From Basidiobolus meristosporus CBS 931.73 (Eukaryota > Fungi > Basidiobolomycota): DNA of 64,000 nt. The stretch covers positions 122,329 through 186,328 of the forward strand of contig MCFE01000071.1 in NCBI GenBank assembly GCA_002104905.1. Reading direction: 5' to 3'. The position numbers and the translations under genes were made by a program. Within the stretch, counting starts at the first letter, position 1. Every line of letters starts with the position of its first letter. Below are positions 35,450 through 47,562 of this stretch, one piece after another. Under the pieces are notes generated by a model. The model was not told the DNA's origin, ran no database searches, and saw only the letters and a program-made list of their open reading frames with translations.

Positions 35450-38345
35450 CTAGGATTCTCCCTTGGGCGTACCATCGCCATAGAAATACTCCTTGCCAGC
35501 ACCGGTGATGTAGGGCACTGCCACGGGGTTTTGGTCGAGCTTGACGATCTCGGCCACGTCCTCCGGTGGGTTCTTCTCACAGAATGGGCACAGATATTTC
35601 ATCGTCTCATCCTCGGCCAGGTTCTGGTATTTCTCTTTGGTCAGCGAAGAATCACATATCCGGTGGATCCAACGGTCACACTGATCACAGCAAACCATCT
35701 CCTCCTCGGCGTCCTCGGTGAAGGTGCGCATGCAGCAGGGGCAATACCTGTTGGCTTGGAAGTCGCCATAGCAGCCCGCACAGTAAGTTGCCAGATAGGT
35801 GGGGTATTTCTTTTCCCCATATGGAGGCGCGAGGGCATGCTGGAAGTCCGAAGGTGGCGTGTCAGGCTTGGGGCCGCACGTCTGGCATCGAGCACACAAT
35901 GGACAGAGCCACTTGTCTAGAGGAAAGAGAGACGTTTCAGTGGGTGGCGCCATCAAAGACACGGCCGTGGGGACCTACCTTTTGGTAACTCCTTTACCGG
36001 TGGTATGCAACATGTCATATGCCACGCACGGTCACAATCGTCACAGATCAGCAGTGTCTCCTCGTCACCTGTACTCTCACAGACAACGCATATTTTACAA
36101 TCATTACACTCCCACGGATAGCTCCTACACGCGTCAATCAACCTCGTCGTATTGAGGTGAATACAAAGTGGATGGTGCTTCCCGTCACATCGAGCGCAAG
36201 TCAGCATCTCCAACAAGGAGAATGGCAGGGCGCTATCCTTGGTCACCAATGCGGATGGGGTGAGCAATGAATGGCAATGCACGCACGCATTTGGCGGGAC
36301 TGTGGAGATGGTTTGTCTAGGCTTCGTTGACCAAAAGAATCAGTACGCGTTGGGATTGGATGACATCGGACACCGCATCATGCGAACACTTACGCTTCCT
36401 TCCGATTCTATCTCGGCGTCCTCTTCATCATCCTCATCCTCGTCCTCCTTGCTCGTTCGGGATGGAGTTTGCGGCTGTGAAACCTCACTGGTCGCTCGAG
36501 AGTTGTTGGCCATATTCAAGGCTAAAATACTCTTATGGTAGAGACAACGCTCTCCATCAAATGTCACCAAGCGTTTGCAAGGCTGCCCCGTACTACTGGC
36601 AATGATCCCGCAAGTAAAGGCCGCGGTAGGCTTCAACGAGCCCCCCTGCTAGACAAATGTTCATCAGCCACACCACACTTTGAAGGTCGCTTACGATACC
36701 GCACTTACCGCCGCTTCTGGCGCCGGGCTATGTTTCGGGACTGGATTAACGGGCGGGCTCGCCAGTGTTTGGTGACTTTGCGGGAGAGTTGGCGTAGCCA
36801 ACTGTTTACTTTGCGGGGTGCCCTGTGCAGGAGTGAACAAGGAAGGATACATCGCTTGTACGGAGTAGGGACCATCTTGCGCAGAGCTCTTGGGCAGAAC
36901 CTGATTCAGACGAGTGCGATGTCTACAAGAGAAGATTAGTACCATGGGGCTGCATAACGTAGCTGGGCAGAAACGTACATTGGATAGGTAGCCTGATATT
37001 GGCCATTTATCAAAGCAATGGGATACTTGCGCTCACCACCCTCAACCTCCTCCTTTTGGCTCTCGATAAGCCGGAGTGCCTCCTCCGCCATATCCGATGG
37101 AAGTAGGTCCAGTAGCTCTTTGTCGGGTAATTGGTCAGGATGGCTAACAAGGTTCTTCGCCCGGAATTTGATTACTGGTTCGATGTGCGTTCCATTTCGT
37201 ACCTTCGCATCGTCTAGCTTCTCCACCCATACCTCCTGCGACTGCGTTGCGCTAGGCACCTGCTCTAGATTGGTGTGCACATCGAAGAATCCCGAGTTGG
37301 CCTTACGCCGCTGCGCTAGCATCGAGTTGAAACTCCTCGTGGACGATGCGCACACATACATCCAGTTGGTCGCATTGACATGACTCAATGCGCCAACACC
37401 CTCGGGCAGCCCAGAGCTCGCGTCATTGGATGTGGGGATGGAGGAAGCAGCGTGAAACATAGGCCTTGGCTCCTCCTCTCTGACCTCTTCGTAGAAACCG
37501 AATGCGATAGCCTCCGCCTCGTAATAATCATCCACCCCTCTTCTACCGTTCTTGACCACCTTAGCGCCGAAGTTCTTGAAGGCCGAATGGGCGGTGATGA
37601 ACGCGATGGGCCTGCTTTTCAGCATGGGGACCAATAAACCTTGTTCCACCAAATGACGTCGCTCGCTCTCGGTGGCCCACAGCCTCTCCAGATTCGGGTT
37701 CTTGTTGAAAAAGGAATGGCTGTCGCGGAAGCCCAACAGCTTCGCCACCTCCATGGAAAACATGTAATACCGAGTGGGATGGCGTTCCGGTAACCGAAAT
37801 ACGGCGGTTTTGTATTTTCTACCTATATGGGGGAAACGAGACAATAGAACCGATCGGGTGGAGTTGAGTTTGAGGCAGGGATGTCGAGTGGAAAGGTGCT
37901 CACTAACCCCCAAGTAGCTCTCCATCTGGAGTGATTTTCGTCTCTCCTTTTTCGTCGATTTCCGGTCGCACGTAGTCCTCCATGTCCAAGGGGCCAGAGG
38001 TGGTGCTCGAGGGGCTCTTGGGGTAATCCCTACCATCAAGTAGTTCCACCTTTCTATGCTTCGGCGGCCTCCCTCTCCTCCTTGGAACAGGTGAAGGCAC
38101 CACCGGCACGGGTATCTTTGTGCTTTCCATCAATTCTTCCCCGAGAGCAGCGTTGATGGAATTCTCCTTTTCAGCAGAATCTAGCTTCCGCTTGCGGGAA
38201 CGGGTGGTTCGTGGGGTTTCTAGTAAAAAGACAAAAGTGTCAATAAGCCTGGCCGATTCGCAAGGTGGAAAACGCGTGGGAGGGAGAGAGACGCGCGTGA
38301 TATTCAGGAGAGAGGAAGCACTCGTCACTCACCGTCAACTTCCAT
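35450..38345 (-). CDS. Chromatin-remodelling subunit: AT-hook + Rsc7/Swp82/Npl6-type domain + multiple PHD fingers (PHF10-like)
   Basis: MEVD|ETPR start; RRRGRPPK; EIDEKGETKITPDGELLGG|RKYK...F.LP.RHPTRYYMFSMEVAKLLGFRDS; double PHD CARCDGKHHPLC...WECNDCKICVVC...LLICDDCDRAWHMTC; further PHD CPCC...MVCCDQCDRWIHRIC...YLCPFC. Confidence 0.8.
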
Positions 38346-38745
38346 TGTGAAAGTAAAGTATCCGTGGGTTGCCTCTTCAAGAGAAATATATGACGTGACC
38401 AACTTTCCCTTCAGAAACTGTTGCCAATATGGAGCCAGTCCACCACTTGAAATCTGAGAAAAAAAGTGTCTTAGTCAAATGTTTATTAGGTTGCAGACCA
38501 TCCATCAATACCAGTGTGAAAAAGGATTTGGTGAACATTGACCCGGTGCCGATCAAGCAATAAACATCCAGCAAAATCGAGCGATGAAACTGGGCGAATG
38601 GCTCATCAGCAATGCGAGAAATCCCCATTCAATACACTCCCAGCGAGAACAGAAGAACATTTACAGAATGCCAGTGGATTGAAATATTAGATGGAAGTGA
38701 TGGTGGCAGGGGAGGAATAGAGTGGAGTGGAGCTCGGGCTCTGAA

Positions 38746-41252
38746 CTAGTCTTGGCTTTCGTTCTTCTGCTTCCTCAACAGCTCGATGTATTTCTCGAGC
38801 TTATGCGGCTTCAGGAAGAACCACTCGAAGATCCCCTTTTGGTTGAATAGCATATCGTCCATGTGCGTTGCCTCCTTACATTTCTTGTAATGAACCTTGA
38901 GCTCAGCGATCTTCTTTTTGAACTCCGACTGCTGCTCGAACACCTCCTTGGAATCCAGCAAGATTTGTTCGGTGCAAGAATCCCGGTAGACGGTCTGTCG
39001 CAGCAAAGTCTCCGCGCGCTCACTATTTGCCACCGTGTGATCAACGTCCTCTTTGCAATGGGCGAGCTCCGACTTCAGAGCGGAGATTTGTGCGGCAAAC
39101 TCCTCCAGCTTGGTCTTCAGAGAATCATAGGATGTGAAGAGCGCAGTGGTGGCATTGTCGTCGCCATCAACAACTACAGTGGCGAAGGAATTAATGGGAC
39201 GCCGTATGGGCTGGATGTTGCTAAGCGCGTACCTTTTTGATTTTCGACCATGCGATTTAGCAGGTGGAGATATGAGTCTCGGCTGTCCATGATGTCGGTT
39301 CTTGCAACCGTTTTCGAGTCCTTTTCTGTTCTCGCGTGCTAATGAATGGTTTAGTATTCGGCGGTAGAATCTCGGATCAGCTCGATGTACCTGTCTAGCC
39401 TGGACTTCTTCCAACTTGGTGTCTAGCTCGTCGGAAAGTGCCACCAGCGTGTTATAGCGAAGCATGAATTGGTCCATTTCGAATTCGCTGACCATAGACA
39501 TCAGCTGCTCGCGGGAATTCTGGTCAACCAGCAACTCCACCATCTGCGCGACACAAAGAACCATTAGCAAAAGTGACCCCATCCAACGCACTTCGCCTGC
39601 AAACCTTTTCTAGCTTGGGCTCAATGAATTTCTGGCGTGTACTGATCGACTGATAATGCGTATTGAGCAATGGATATTTCACTTTGGATGCGGCTAGCTC
39701 GTCATACAGGTCCGAGATCTCGGCTTGGTCATCGTACAACGAAGATTCAATCTCGATGGTAGCATCTTTGAAATTCTCAATCTCATGTCTACGCACGACC
39801 ATTGGTTAACATGTCTCAACGTGATTACTTGAGAGAAGCTCACTTACTTCAACATCAGCATGTCGTTGCCATACACATCCAGGCGTAGATTCTCTTCCTC
39901 TAGTGTCCGAAGAGTTTCTTGACCTTTTTCGTACTCTACTCGGCACTCCAGGAATCTCTTGTCGAGACTAGGATACCTGTAGGACCGATCGATTAGAAGG
40001 TTGATGCCACAGACATCACGAGGGAAGACGTACATTGAAACCAGCCTCTCAGCCTCGGTAAGGACATCCTCGATCTGCAACTTATCTCCTGTAGAAAAGG
40101 GGACGATGTGAGTCTTGGTAAGGGCAGCTGCAACATATGTGTTCTACCTTGAATAAACTCCTCGGTCAATGAATCTACAATATCCAAGACCTCCTCCAAG
40201 TTTTGGCCGTAATATGAAACCCCCTCCGCCTAGATATACCTCGTAAGCACTCCCATCTCAATTGGTCGGCTACATCAACCTGTACCTTGTTGAAGAGTTG
40301 GCCCACAAGCTTGATAAACTCGCTATCAAACGATTTACACTGCTTCGTCATTTTTCTTGCACTTCCAAGTTCTTGGGACAAGGAGGTGTGAGGTTCTATC
40401 AATGAGTAGCATTAGAATCGTTCTGAACCAAGACAGAATGAAGCTGTCCACTAACCATCCCCTCTGTCGTGGCTGATGTCCGAGATAAGGCTGTTTACCG
40501 ATTTTTCTATATCACTCAGGGTGTGATTCATCTGACAATTCTCAATAAGCACATTCTGCAAGAGGGTCCAAGTTGCTGTGAAAGCTTTACCTTGGAGGAT
40601 TCGTTTTTCAAAAGGCCTTCTTGATGCTCCAGCTGTTTGTCTATCTCGCTCTCGGCCTGCAACAGAGAATCTAGACGACTCTCCAACTCCTCTAGATTGG
40701 AACTGCCAGCGAATAAGCTTCAAAGTTTGGATTCCTAATGGTGGGGCTTGACGCTAACCTTAGTAAGGTGCTACGTTTCTCTAGCTGGTTGGAATAATCC
40801 TGCTGGCGATTCACTGCTTTCCTACAATCCGAAGAAATTTCTTTCATGATGGCTCTCGTAGGTAGCTCCACTTCCTCCGGTGTGTATTCTTCGGTAAACT
40901 GGAAAGTCATAATAAATCACCAGAACTTGCATGGACGAAGGAGGAAAGGGGTATCACTTACTCTGGGGATTTTTCCGGTCTGCTCCAGCCTTTGATATCT
41001 GTCACAAGGGGAAAAGATGTTATTCACCTTTCGACGAACTACCACTGCCCTTCTAACACGGTCTTACTCTTCGAGCTCCTCGGGTAAAAGCACATTGGTC
41101 TCAATATCGATATTCTTATGCAACCACTCCATAAATGATGCCGTCTCGTTTGCCTCAAATGCCCACTCAATCTGCTTAGAATCGATGCCGGCAGCATCAG
41201 GATATCCGGCCTGTTCCAAAAATTCGATAAACTCCCCAACCGTTGTTGCCAT
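38746..41252 (-). CDS. HAUS3: Augmin/HAUS complex subunit 3-like coiled-coil protein, multi-exon
   Basis: N-terminus EFIEFLEQAGYPDAAGIDSKQIEWAFEANETASFMEWLHKNIDIETNVLLPEELE resembles the HAUS3 N-terminal domain (F...L..IGYP......DFDWLFE......FL.WFC.NV...NVL...EL). The remainder is coiled-coil. Confidence 0.72.
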
Positions 41253-41895
41253 GTTGGTATTAAAATAGGTATGGAACCGTAGAGGGAGAAGAAGCGATGC
41301 TCGATTTTTCCCGGCTACTATGCGGAATACCTCATTGCTAGGTGTTTACACCATCGATTTTCAAAACAAGTCTTCAGGATTGTTTATTGATGATTTTTCA
41401 GTTGCACGGCCAAAAGCCCTTCGATGCATTCAAGAACAACAGATTCCAGAAATAGATTGGGAGCCATGTATGATTTATATATAGCCACCTAGTAAGAGAT
41501 CATTTATTGGAAAATCGACTCAATAAACCTTCAGAAATATTAATCTTAAGAAACCCTAATGAATAGTAACCAGACTGGAAAAAGGTAAAAGGTTAGGAAG
41601 GTTCACTGATGGTTTAAAGGGCTCAAGAAATGCTATAGATAGCTATGGTACAATTAGATAATTCAGCTAGCGTACGGTGGTGATTAAAAGATAAATATGG
41701 GCCTTAAAACGGGTCAAAATATGTTGCTAGAATGCCGTACGGAATTTCTACTCCTTTGCTCAATGAGGTATAGAAAAGACTTTAGGTTGAGTTGCTTCTT
41801 ATGAAGAGGTAAATCGACGCTGTGTTCGTGGGGGGGGGGGTATTACTGGAACTCGTAAAGGAAACTGACGAATAATTATCAGTCTATCTGGGTAT

Positions 41896-42141
41896 CTACA
41901 TGTCATTGTAGGTTTCACTGGAACGGACAACTTGTGTGCTCTTGCGTTTCATAAAACTCTTGCTCTTTGATAGAGGCGGTCTCTCAGAACTATCCAGGTA
42001 GACGCCGTCAACGTAGTTTCGTTCGTAATAACGAGAATCCCTTCTATCAAGATCAGGGCAACCGCCGCGTCTCTTGGTATACTTCCCAACCTTCCAGTGA
42101 GTGTAAAAGTAGGAGTTTTGAATTTTATCGATGAGTCCCAT
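41896..42141 (-). CDS. Small (81 aa) uncharacterised protein
   Basis: Clean single-exon ORF in an otherwise empty intergenic region. The motif KYTKRR...YYERNYVDGVY is recalled from small hypothetical fungal proteins. Confidence 0.65.
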   Translation of the reverse strand: MGLIDKIQNSYFYTHWKVGKYTKRRGGCPDLDRRDSRYYERNYVDGVYLDSSERPPLSKSKSFMKRKSTQVVRSSETYNDM

Positions 42142-42867
42142 GTTTAGCAGGAGTATAACAAAATTTGGGAAAATCTAGGTGGAAGTGAGGATAGTTTATA
42201 AAACGAAAGTACGGTTTTAACCGGTTCCGAGGTGTACCAGGTATTTATATCCCCTGGCTCAGGCCTGACTGTTGACTAGATTCCCATTAAACTAGACAAT
42301 CCATTCAGTTATGTAAGACTAGGCTGATATAGTTGTTCCATTTGGTATTGGGGGGTTTCCATGCTAGCGTCCAATTGGCCCACTGTGAAATTGATAGCCG
42401 AATTAGTGATAAAATTTGCCGATATGTGAGTACAAGCATTAACAGGCTTACACTCATTGCGCACGTTAACTGGACTTGATTCTCAAAACCGAATGCACCC
42501 GTAATTATGTATGGACTAAATTGAGCAGCACTATAATACTGGGTGTTGAGAGTGGGACAGTCGGGGAAGGGTGGTAACCTAGGAGGCTTCTGATTCAGTG
42601 CAAAAGCCAGACATGTACCCATTCCGGAGTGTTACCAAGTATATTTTGCGTAACAGTGCACCTATTTGTATGCATGGCACACATAGGGAATGATCGGGCT
42701 TATTGATCTCATTTTAAGCCTCCTTAATTTATGCGGTCCAACTTGGTGCGATTTAGAGCAACCAATGTCAAAATGGCTTGATCCAGACCTTATCGCTATA
42801 ATTAGATTCTATTTATTTGTCAAGATAGTTTACATTGCTTGTGACGAGAGCCTGGTTTGGTAGCTGC

Positions 42868-44657
42868 TTATGTGTTTGCTTTTCCTACCATTTTCATCAG
42901 CTCTTGCATCCTTTGTTGCGTCTGTATTGCAACCAATGTTAGTCGAGTGGATTTCCATGGCGGATAAAAGATGCTTACCTTGGCGCTCAGATAATGGACC
43001 ACTGAGGTATCCACCCATGGCTGTTTGTAGAATTCGGATTTACGCCGATCTTCCGCGTTCACCACCGACTCTCCGACATTAACCTAGATCATTGTAAGTC
43101 GTGGACGAAGCTAGATGATACTGAGGCCGTGAGCACTTTACCTCCATCTCCTGGCAGTAGTTAGCTAGATATTTGTCTATAAAGCGAACAGGGTGTCTGG
43201 AAAACTCGAGAAGGAAATCTCTTTTCGATTTGGAATTGCCCATTGATTGAATGCATTGCATTATCTACATGATGCCCAATTAACCGGATTGTTTACGACA
43301 GCGTTGGTGGATCAGAAGATACCTTTTCATCAAGACTTGTGATGTCTTTGGGATACCCCTGAAGTGATGTGTTATTGGTGGATTTCCCTTTACTGTTGTC
43401 CTCACCATCCACCGTTAAGTCGTAAGCATACCGGGATATATGATACTCCTTGTCCACTCGAATGGTGTACTCTATAACGACTGGGTCAGGTGGGAAGAAG
43501 TGTGTCCAGAGTAATTCGGGAAGCTGCGATAGTTTCATCTGCTCCATTCCAAACAACTGTTTATGCAATAGATACGGGTTCACCATTGTGTTGACTAAAT
43601 GGAATAATAGACAGTGGTACCTTCTGCAGCAGTTCGTCGTTGTTGACTGTGTCTCTCTGTTCTTCATCCCGGAGCCCATTCATCTAAAAGGCGTGTTAGG
43701 CTTCAAGTTATCGCGAGGAAATACGGAAACCCGAGCCTACCTTGATGTACTCCCACAATGCTATGATGGCAGATGCTTGTGTACCTCGCTCCGTCTGGAT
43801 CACTTGTATAAGATCTTGCGAAAACTTATACTTCTCGCTTGGGTTATCAAGGGTCAATATAATCTTTGCCTTGACATTCTTATCGCCACGTCTTTTGATT
43901 TCGAATCCATCGAAATCCTGGTTGGAGTAGGACTTATGCCACTTCGGAAAGCTTTGTCAATCGCGTGTCACTCATGTCTAGGCATCGGACAGACTTACCT
44001 CGATTAGCTCTCCCTCTGGATAGTTTTCAGGATCATGATCCAACTCAATGATGATAGACTGAAGGAATGATGAAAACTTGCGCGCTGCTTGTCTGCTCTT
44101 GGTGGATGCTGGGACCTATGAATTACAGAATGCATCAGCACCAGCACCAAGCAACCATTTGCTTATTACGGAAAGCATCGACTGATCAGTCATTTGTATA
44201 TGCGGGGTAATCTTACATCAAGTAGCCTTCCCTCAATGCGTAAAGTCCAAGAAGGGGCGGGGGCTATCTCGTCGTCCTCATCATCTATTTCATAGCCTTG
44301 CTCGGGTTGTTCGCTTGACAGATTGGAGATAAATACACGAACGTTTTTCTTGGCCTACGAGATCGAGTTGAACCGCGTGAAAATTAGATAATGATAATCT
44401 GATTTAACGATACTCAATGAGAGATGCATACGGTTGGCTGTCGGGCAGTATTCTCCTGTATCAACTGCTTTCGCTCGTTAAGTATAGAATCGATCTGCTT
44501 CTCTAGCCCTTGTAATTCTTCAAACATTGCCGACTCGGGAATAACCAATTCAGTCTATTTTTGAAATGTTTACTTGGTGAGAAAGTTTTTGAATAGAACG
44601 GGCAAGACATGTTACCTTGGTATTTCCACGCTCTGCAACCTTTCGTCGTTTGTTCAT
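42868..44657 (-). CDS. SNF12: SWI/SNF subunit SMARCD/BAF60/Snf12 (SWIB domain), multi-exon
   Basis: MNKRRK...|IPESAMFEELQGLEKQIDS, VRVFISN, PSWTLRIEGRLLD, QLFGMEQMKLSQLPELLW.HFFPPDPVVIEYTIRVD, KRDFLLEFSRHPVRFIDKYL and RRKSEFYKQPWV. The start is uncertain. Confidence 0.88.
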
Positions 44658-45976
44658 GCTAGAATGGAATTAAATAAGCGTATTAAAGACGGTGTATTGT
44701 ACGTGCCACCCACCTCGCTTTGTGCAGGCTTTCGGGCGTCGAGCGATCTGGGCGCCCCATCGAGCTCGAAACACTTGAGGGGGAAATGTAGGCCTGACGC
44801 GATCAAGGATTAGAATCAAGAAAGGTATACCACATGGAGCACACAGAACGTACATTTTGAGAGCTATTGGAGTTCTGGCTTGTAGCCGAGCCTTGTTGAG
44901 CTAGTTGTTGACGTAGTAAAAGTAACTGAGAGGGAGTAATATTTCCTGAGGTCAAGTTTGGAAAACTCATATCAAGGCTTGATTATTGTTCTGATTATTT
45001 TTACTTAACAAGAAACGAAAGGCAGCCAGAACGCGTGCTTTATTTTCATCCATTTATTTGCTTTTGAATTCCACTTGGATATTTTATGAGTATTCCATTA
45101 TTTATCTATGCCAATTCCCACTTTTACATCAATTCGGGAATACACTTTTATGTTTGATTCCCATCATTCTCACCTTCACCTAGATTCTGGAATACACTCA
45201 ACAACACATTGATGGGGATTTTTGCGCCTGGCGCCTGTAGGTATGACGTGGCCAATAGCATCTAGACGGGTGCAGTTTCCGACATATCGATACTGCCTCT
45301 AGCTGTCACCTGGTCAGAAGATCCTCTCATACATCCGGGGAGGGAGGCCTGGGATTCGGAGGGAGTCGAATACCTGTTTGAAATCTCCAATATCAAGTGC
45401 TAAATTTGGTAGTCAAGTTAGAGGTCCGATTCCACCCGTGTAACCGAAGTTACCTAAGAACCTTCAAGTTCACTCACCAATAAGTACATATGAGGGCGAC
45501 GAAGAATTCCCTCATTCCAATTGAAACCAATAACCTGTTGTGACATCAAGTAAAGTTGACACAGTCTTTGTGGGCGACGAATGCGAAAGGCATAAAGATT
45601 AGTCCAGAGCTTACTCTATAACGTGGAGCATGGGAAGTTTTGAAGTTTGCGATGGAAATATTTTACAAGGAAGACCGTCGACATTAACGCATCCTAGTTC
45701 ATTGGAATGGCCTGCATCGACCCGGAGTATTCAGTTACGACTGGAATCCTTGTGAAAGGAGCGGAAAGCCAATGATATGAAATCAGACTGTGCTACTTTC
45801 CTCTTTGAGGGACAAATCTATCTAAATGGACCACCTCGACACTGTCAGATTGGCTAGCTTTTTTGAGCCAAATGCTGGAAAGACCTATATAAGTATCTTG
45901 CATTTACTCTCCGTCAACCACAATCACTAATACATTTGCTCCTTGCTGAATTCCTTCTCCCCACACGCTCATCAAC

Positions 45977-47335
45977 ATGACTGTAACCATTCTAAACGAG
46001 GTTGAAGCTCAGTTCACTCTCACTGAAGAACAAATCAAGGACATTGCGAAAGATTTGATTGAAGATCTCGAGGATGGCCTGACTAACGAAGACCCCAACT
46101 ATATTGGGCAAATCCCATCCTATGTTACTGCTCTTCCTTCTGGAAAGGAGGTAGGAACCTATCTTGCCATCGACTTGGGAGGCACCAACTTGCGTACCGC
46201 GGCTGTTACCCTCCATGGTGATGGTGAGGTCGGAGTAAACATGCGCAAATACCCCATTCCCAACGACATCCGAGTGGGCACTGCCACTAAGCTTTTTGAT
46301 TGGATTGCCGATTGCACTGCGGAGCTTCTGGAAGACACCACCATCAACACTGGTACAGCCAACATGCATATGGGGGTCACCTTCTCCTTTGCCCTTGACC
46401 AAACGGCCATTAACCGGGGTATTGTGGTTAAGATGGGAAAGGGATTTGATCTTGAGGGTGTGCTTGGGAATGACCTCAAAGACATGCTCGAGGATGGGTT
46501 CAAGCGCAAGAACCTTGACATTAACGTTGCTGCCATCATCAACGATACTGTTGGCACCTTGGTTTCCCACGCATACGTCTCGCCCTCCACCCGAGTCGGC
46601 TTGATCTTGGCCACCGGTACCAACGCCGCCTACGTTGAATCAGGTGCCAAGCTCGGAAAATACAAGGGCCCCGCCGTTGACCAAATGATTCTTAACACCG
46701 AATACTCGGTACTCGGAAAGAGACTTCCATTCACAAAATATGACACCGAGCTCGACGCTGCCACCACCATCCCTGGATTCCAAAAACTGGAAAAGATGAC
46801 CTCTGGCATGTACATGGGCGAGCTTGTTCGTAGTATCTTGGTCGACTGTGTAAACGAAGGCTCGCTATTCAACGGGAAAATGCCCGAGAATCTCCAGAAG
46901 CCTTACGAATTCAAAACCCTGTTCATGTCTACCATCGAAGCGGACAACAGCGATACATTGGAAGCAGTCAGCACGATTTTCGAGAAGCACTTTCCTACCG
47001 AGGAGCCCGTTTCAGTGGAGGAGCGTAAGATCGTTCACAAGATCTGCAAGCTTGTTGCCACTCGTTCGGCCAGTATCGTCGGTGCTGCTATAAGTGCGCT
47101 TCTTTTGCAGGCCAACGGATCGACCGTCTTTCTCGATAAAGATGAAATCACCACTGTTGGTATCGATGGCTCTGTATATGAGTTCTATCCTTTCTTCTCC
47201 CACCGCATCCGCCGTGCCATGGAGATCGCCCTCGGCAAAGAACGTAGCGATCGCATCAAGCTAGAGCTGGCCAGAGATGGTGGCTGTGTTGGTGCTGCTT
47301 TGATTGCCATGGTTGCCTCCACCAAGCAGAAGTAA
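45977..47335 (+). CDS. Hexokinase-family protein with non-canonical sugar-binding motif (GlcNAc kinase/HxkC-like clade suspected)
   Basis: LAIDLGGTNLR, INDTVGTL, TGTNAAY, EKMTSGMYMGE and DGSVYE are present. It has GVTFSFA...MGKGF instead of GFTFSFP...WTKGF. Confidence 0.9.
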   Translation: MTVTILNEVEAQFTLTEEQIKDIAKDLIEDLEDGLTNEDPNYIGQIPSYVTALPSGKEVGTYLAIDLGGTNLRTAAVTLHGDGEVGVNMRKYPIPNDIRVGTATKLFDWIADCTAELLEDTTINTGTANMHMGVTFSFALDQTAINRGIVVKMGKGFDLEGVLGNDLKDMLEDGFKRKNLDINVAAIINDTVGTLVSHAYVSPSTRVGLILATGTNAAYVESGAKLGKYKGPAVDQMILNTEYSVLGKRLPFTKYDTELDAATTIPGFQKLEKMTSGMYMGELVRSILVDCVNEGSLFNGKMPENLQKPYEFKTLFMSTIEADNSDTLEAVSTIFEKHFPTEEPVSVEERKIVHKICKLVATRSASIVGAAISALLLQANGSTVFLDKDEITTVGIDGSVYEFYPFFSHRIRRAMEIALGKERSDRIKLELARDGGCVGAALIAMVASTKQK

Positions 47336-47562
47336 ACCTCCACTTTGTATAATTCGCGAAATAATCCCTCTACATAGTACCTTACCCGATTCGTGCTGGC
47401 CTTCTATTCTACCATTTTGTAACTTCAGCCTTGTACTAATGAATGCTCAAGTAAACCCATGATGTCAACAATGTTTATCTATAAAGTTCTGCACAACATG
47501 ATGCGTCGGCTCGTCAATTATCTATACAATAGTGCTGATCACCCAGAGTGACGTGCTCAGGG

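Noticed and set aside
35450-44657. SWI/SNF gene cluster (Rsc7-PHD and SMARCD)
   Set aside because: Only two subunits, separated by unrelated genes; chance is not excluded.
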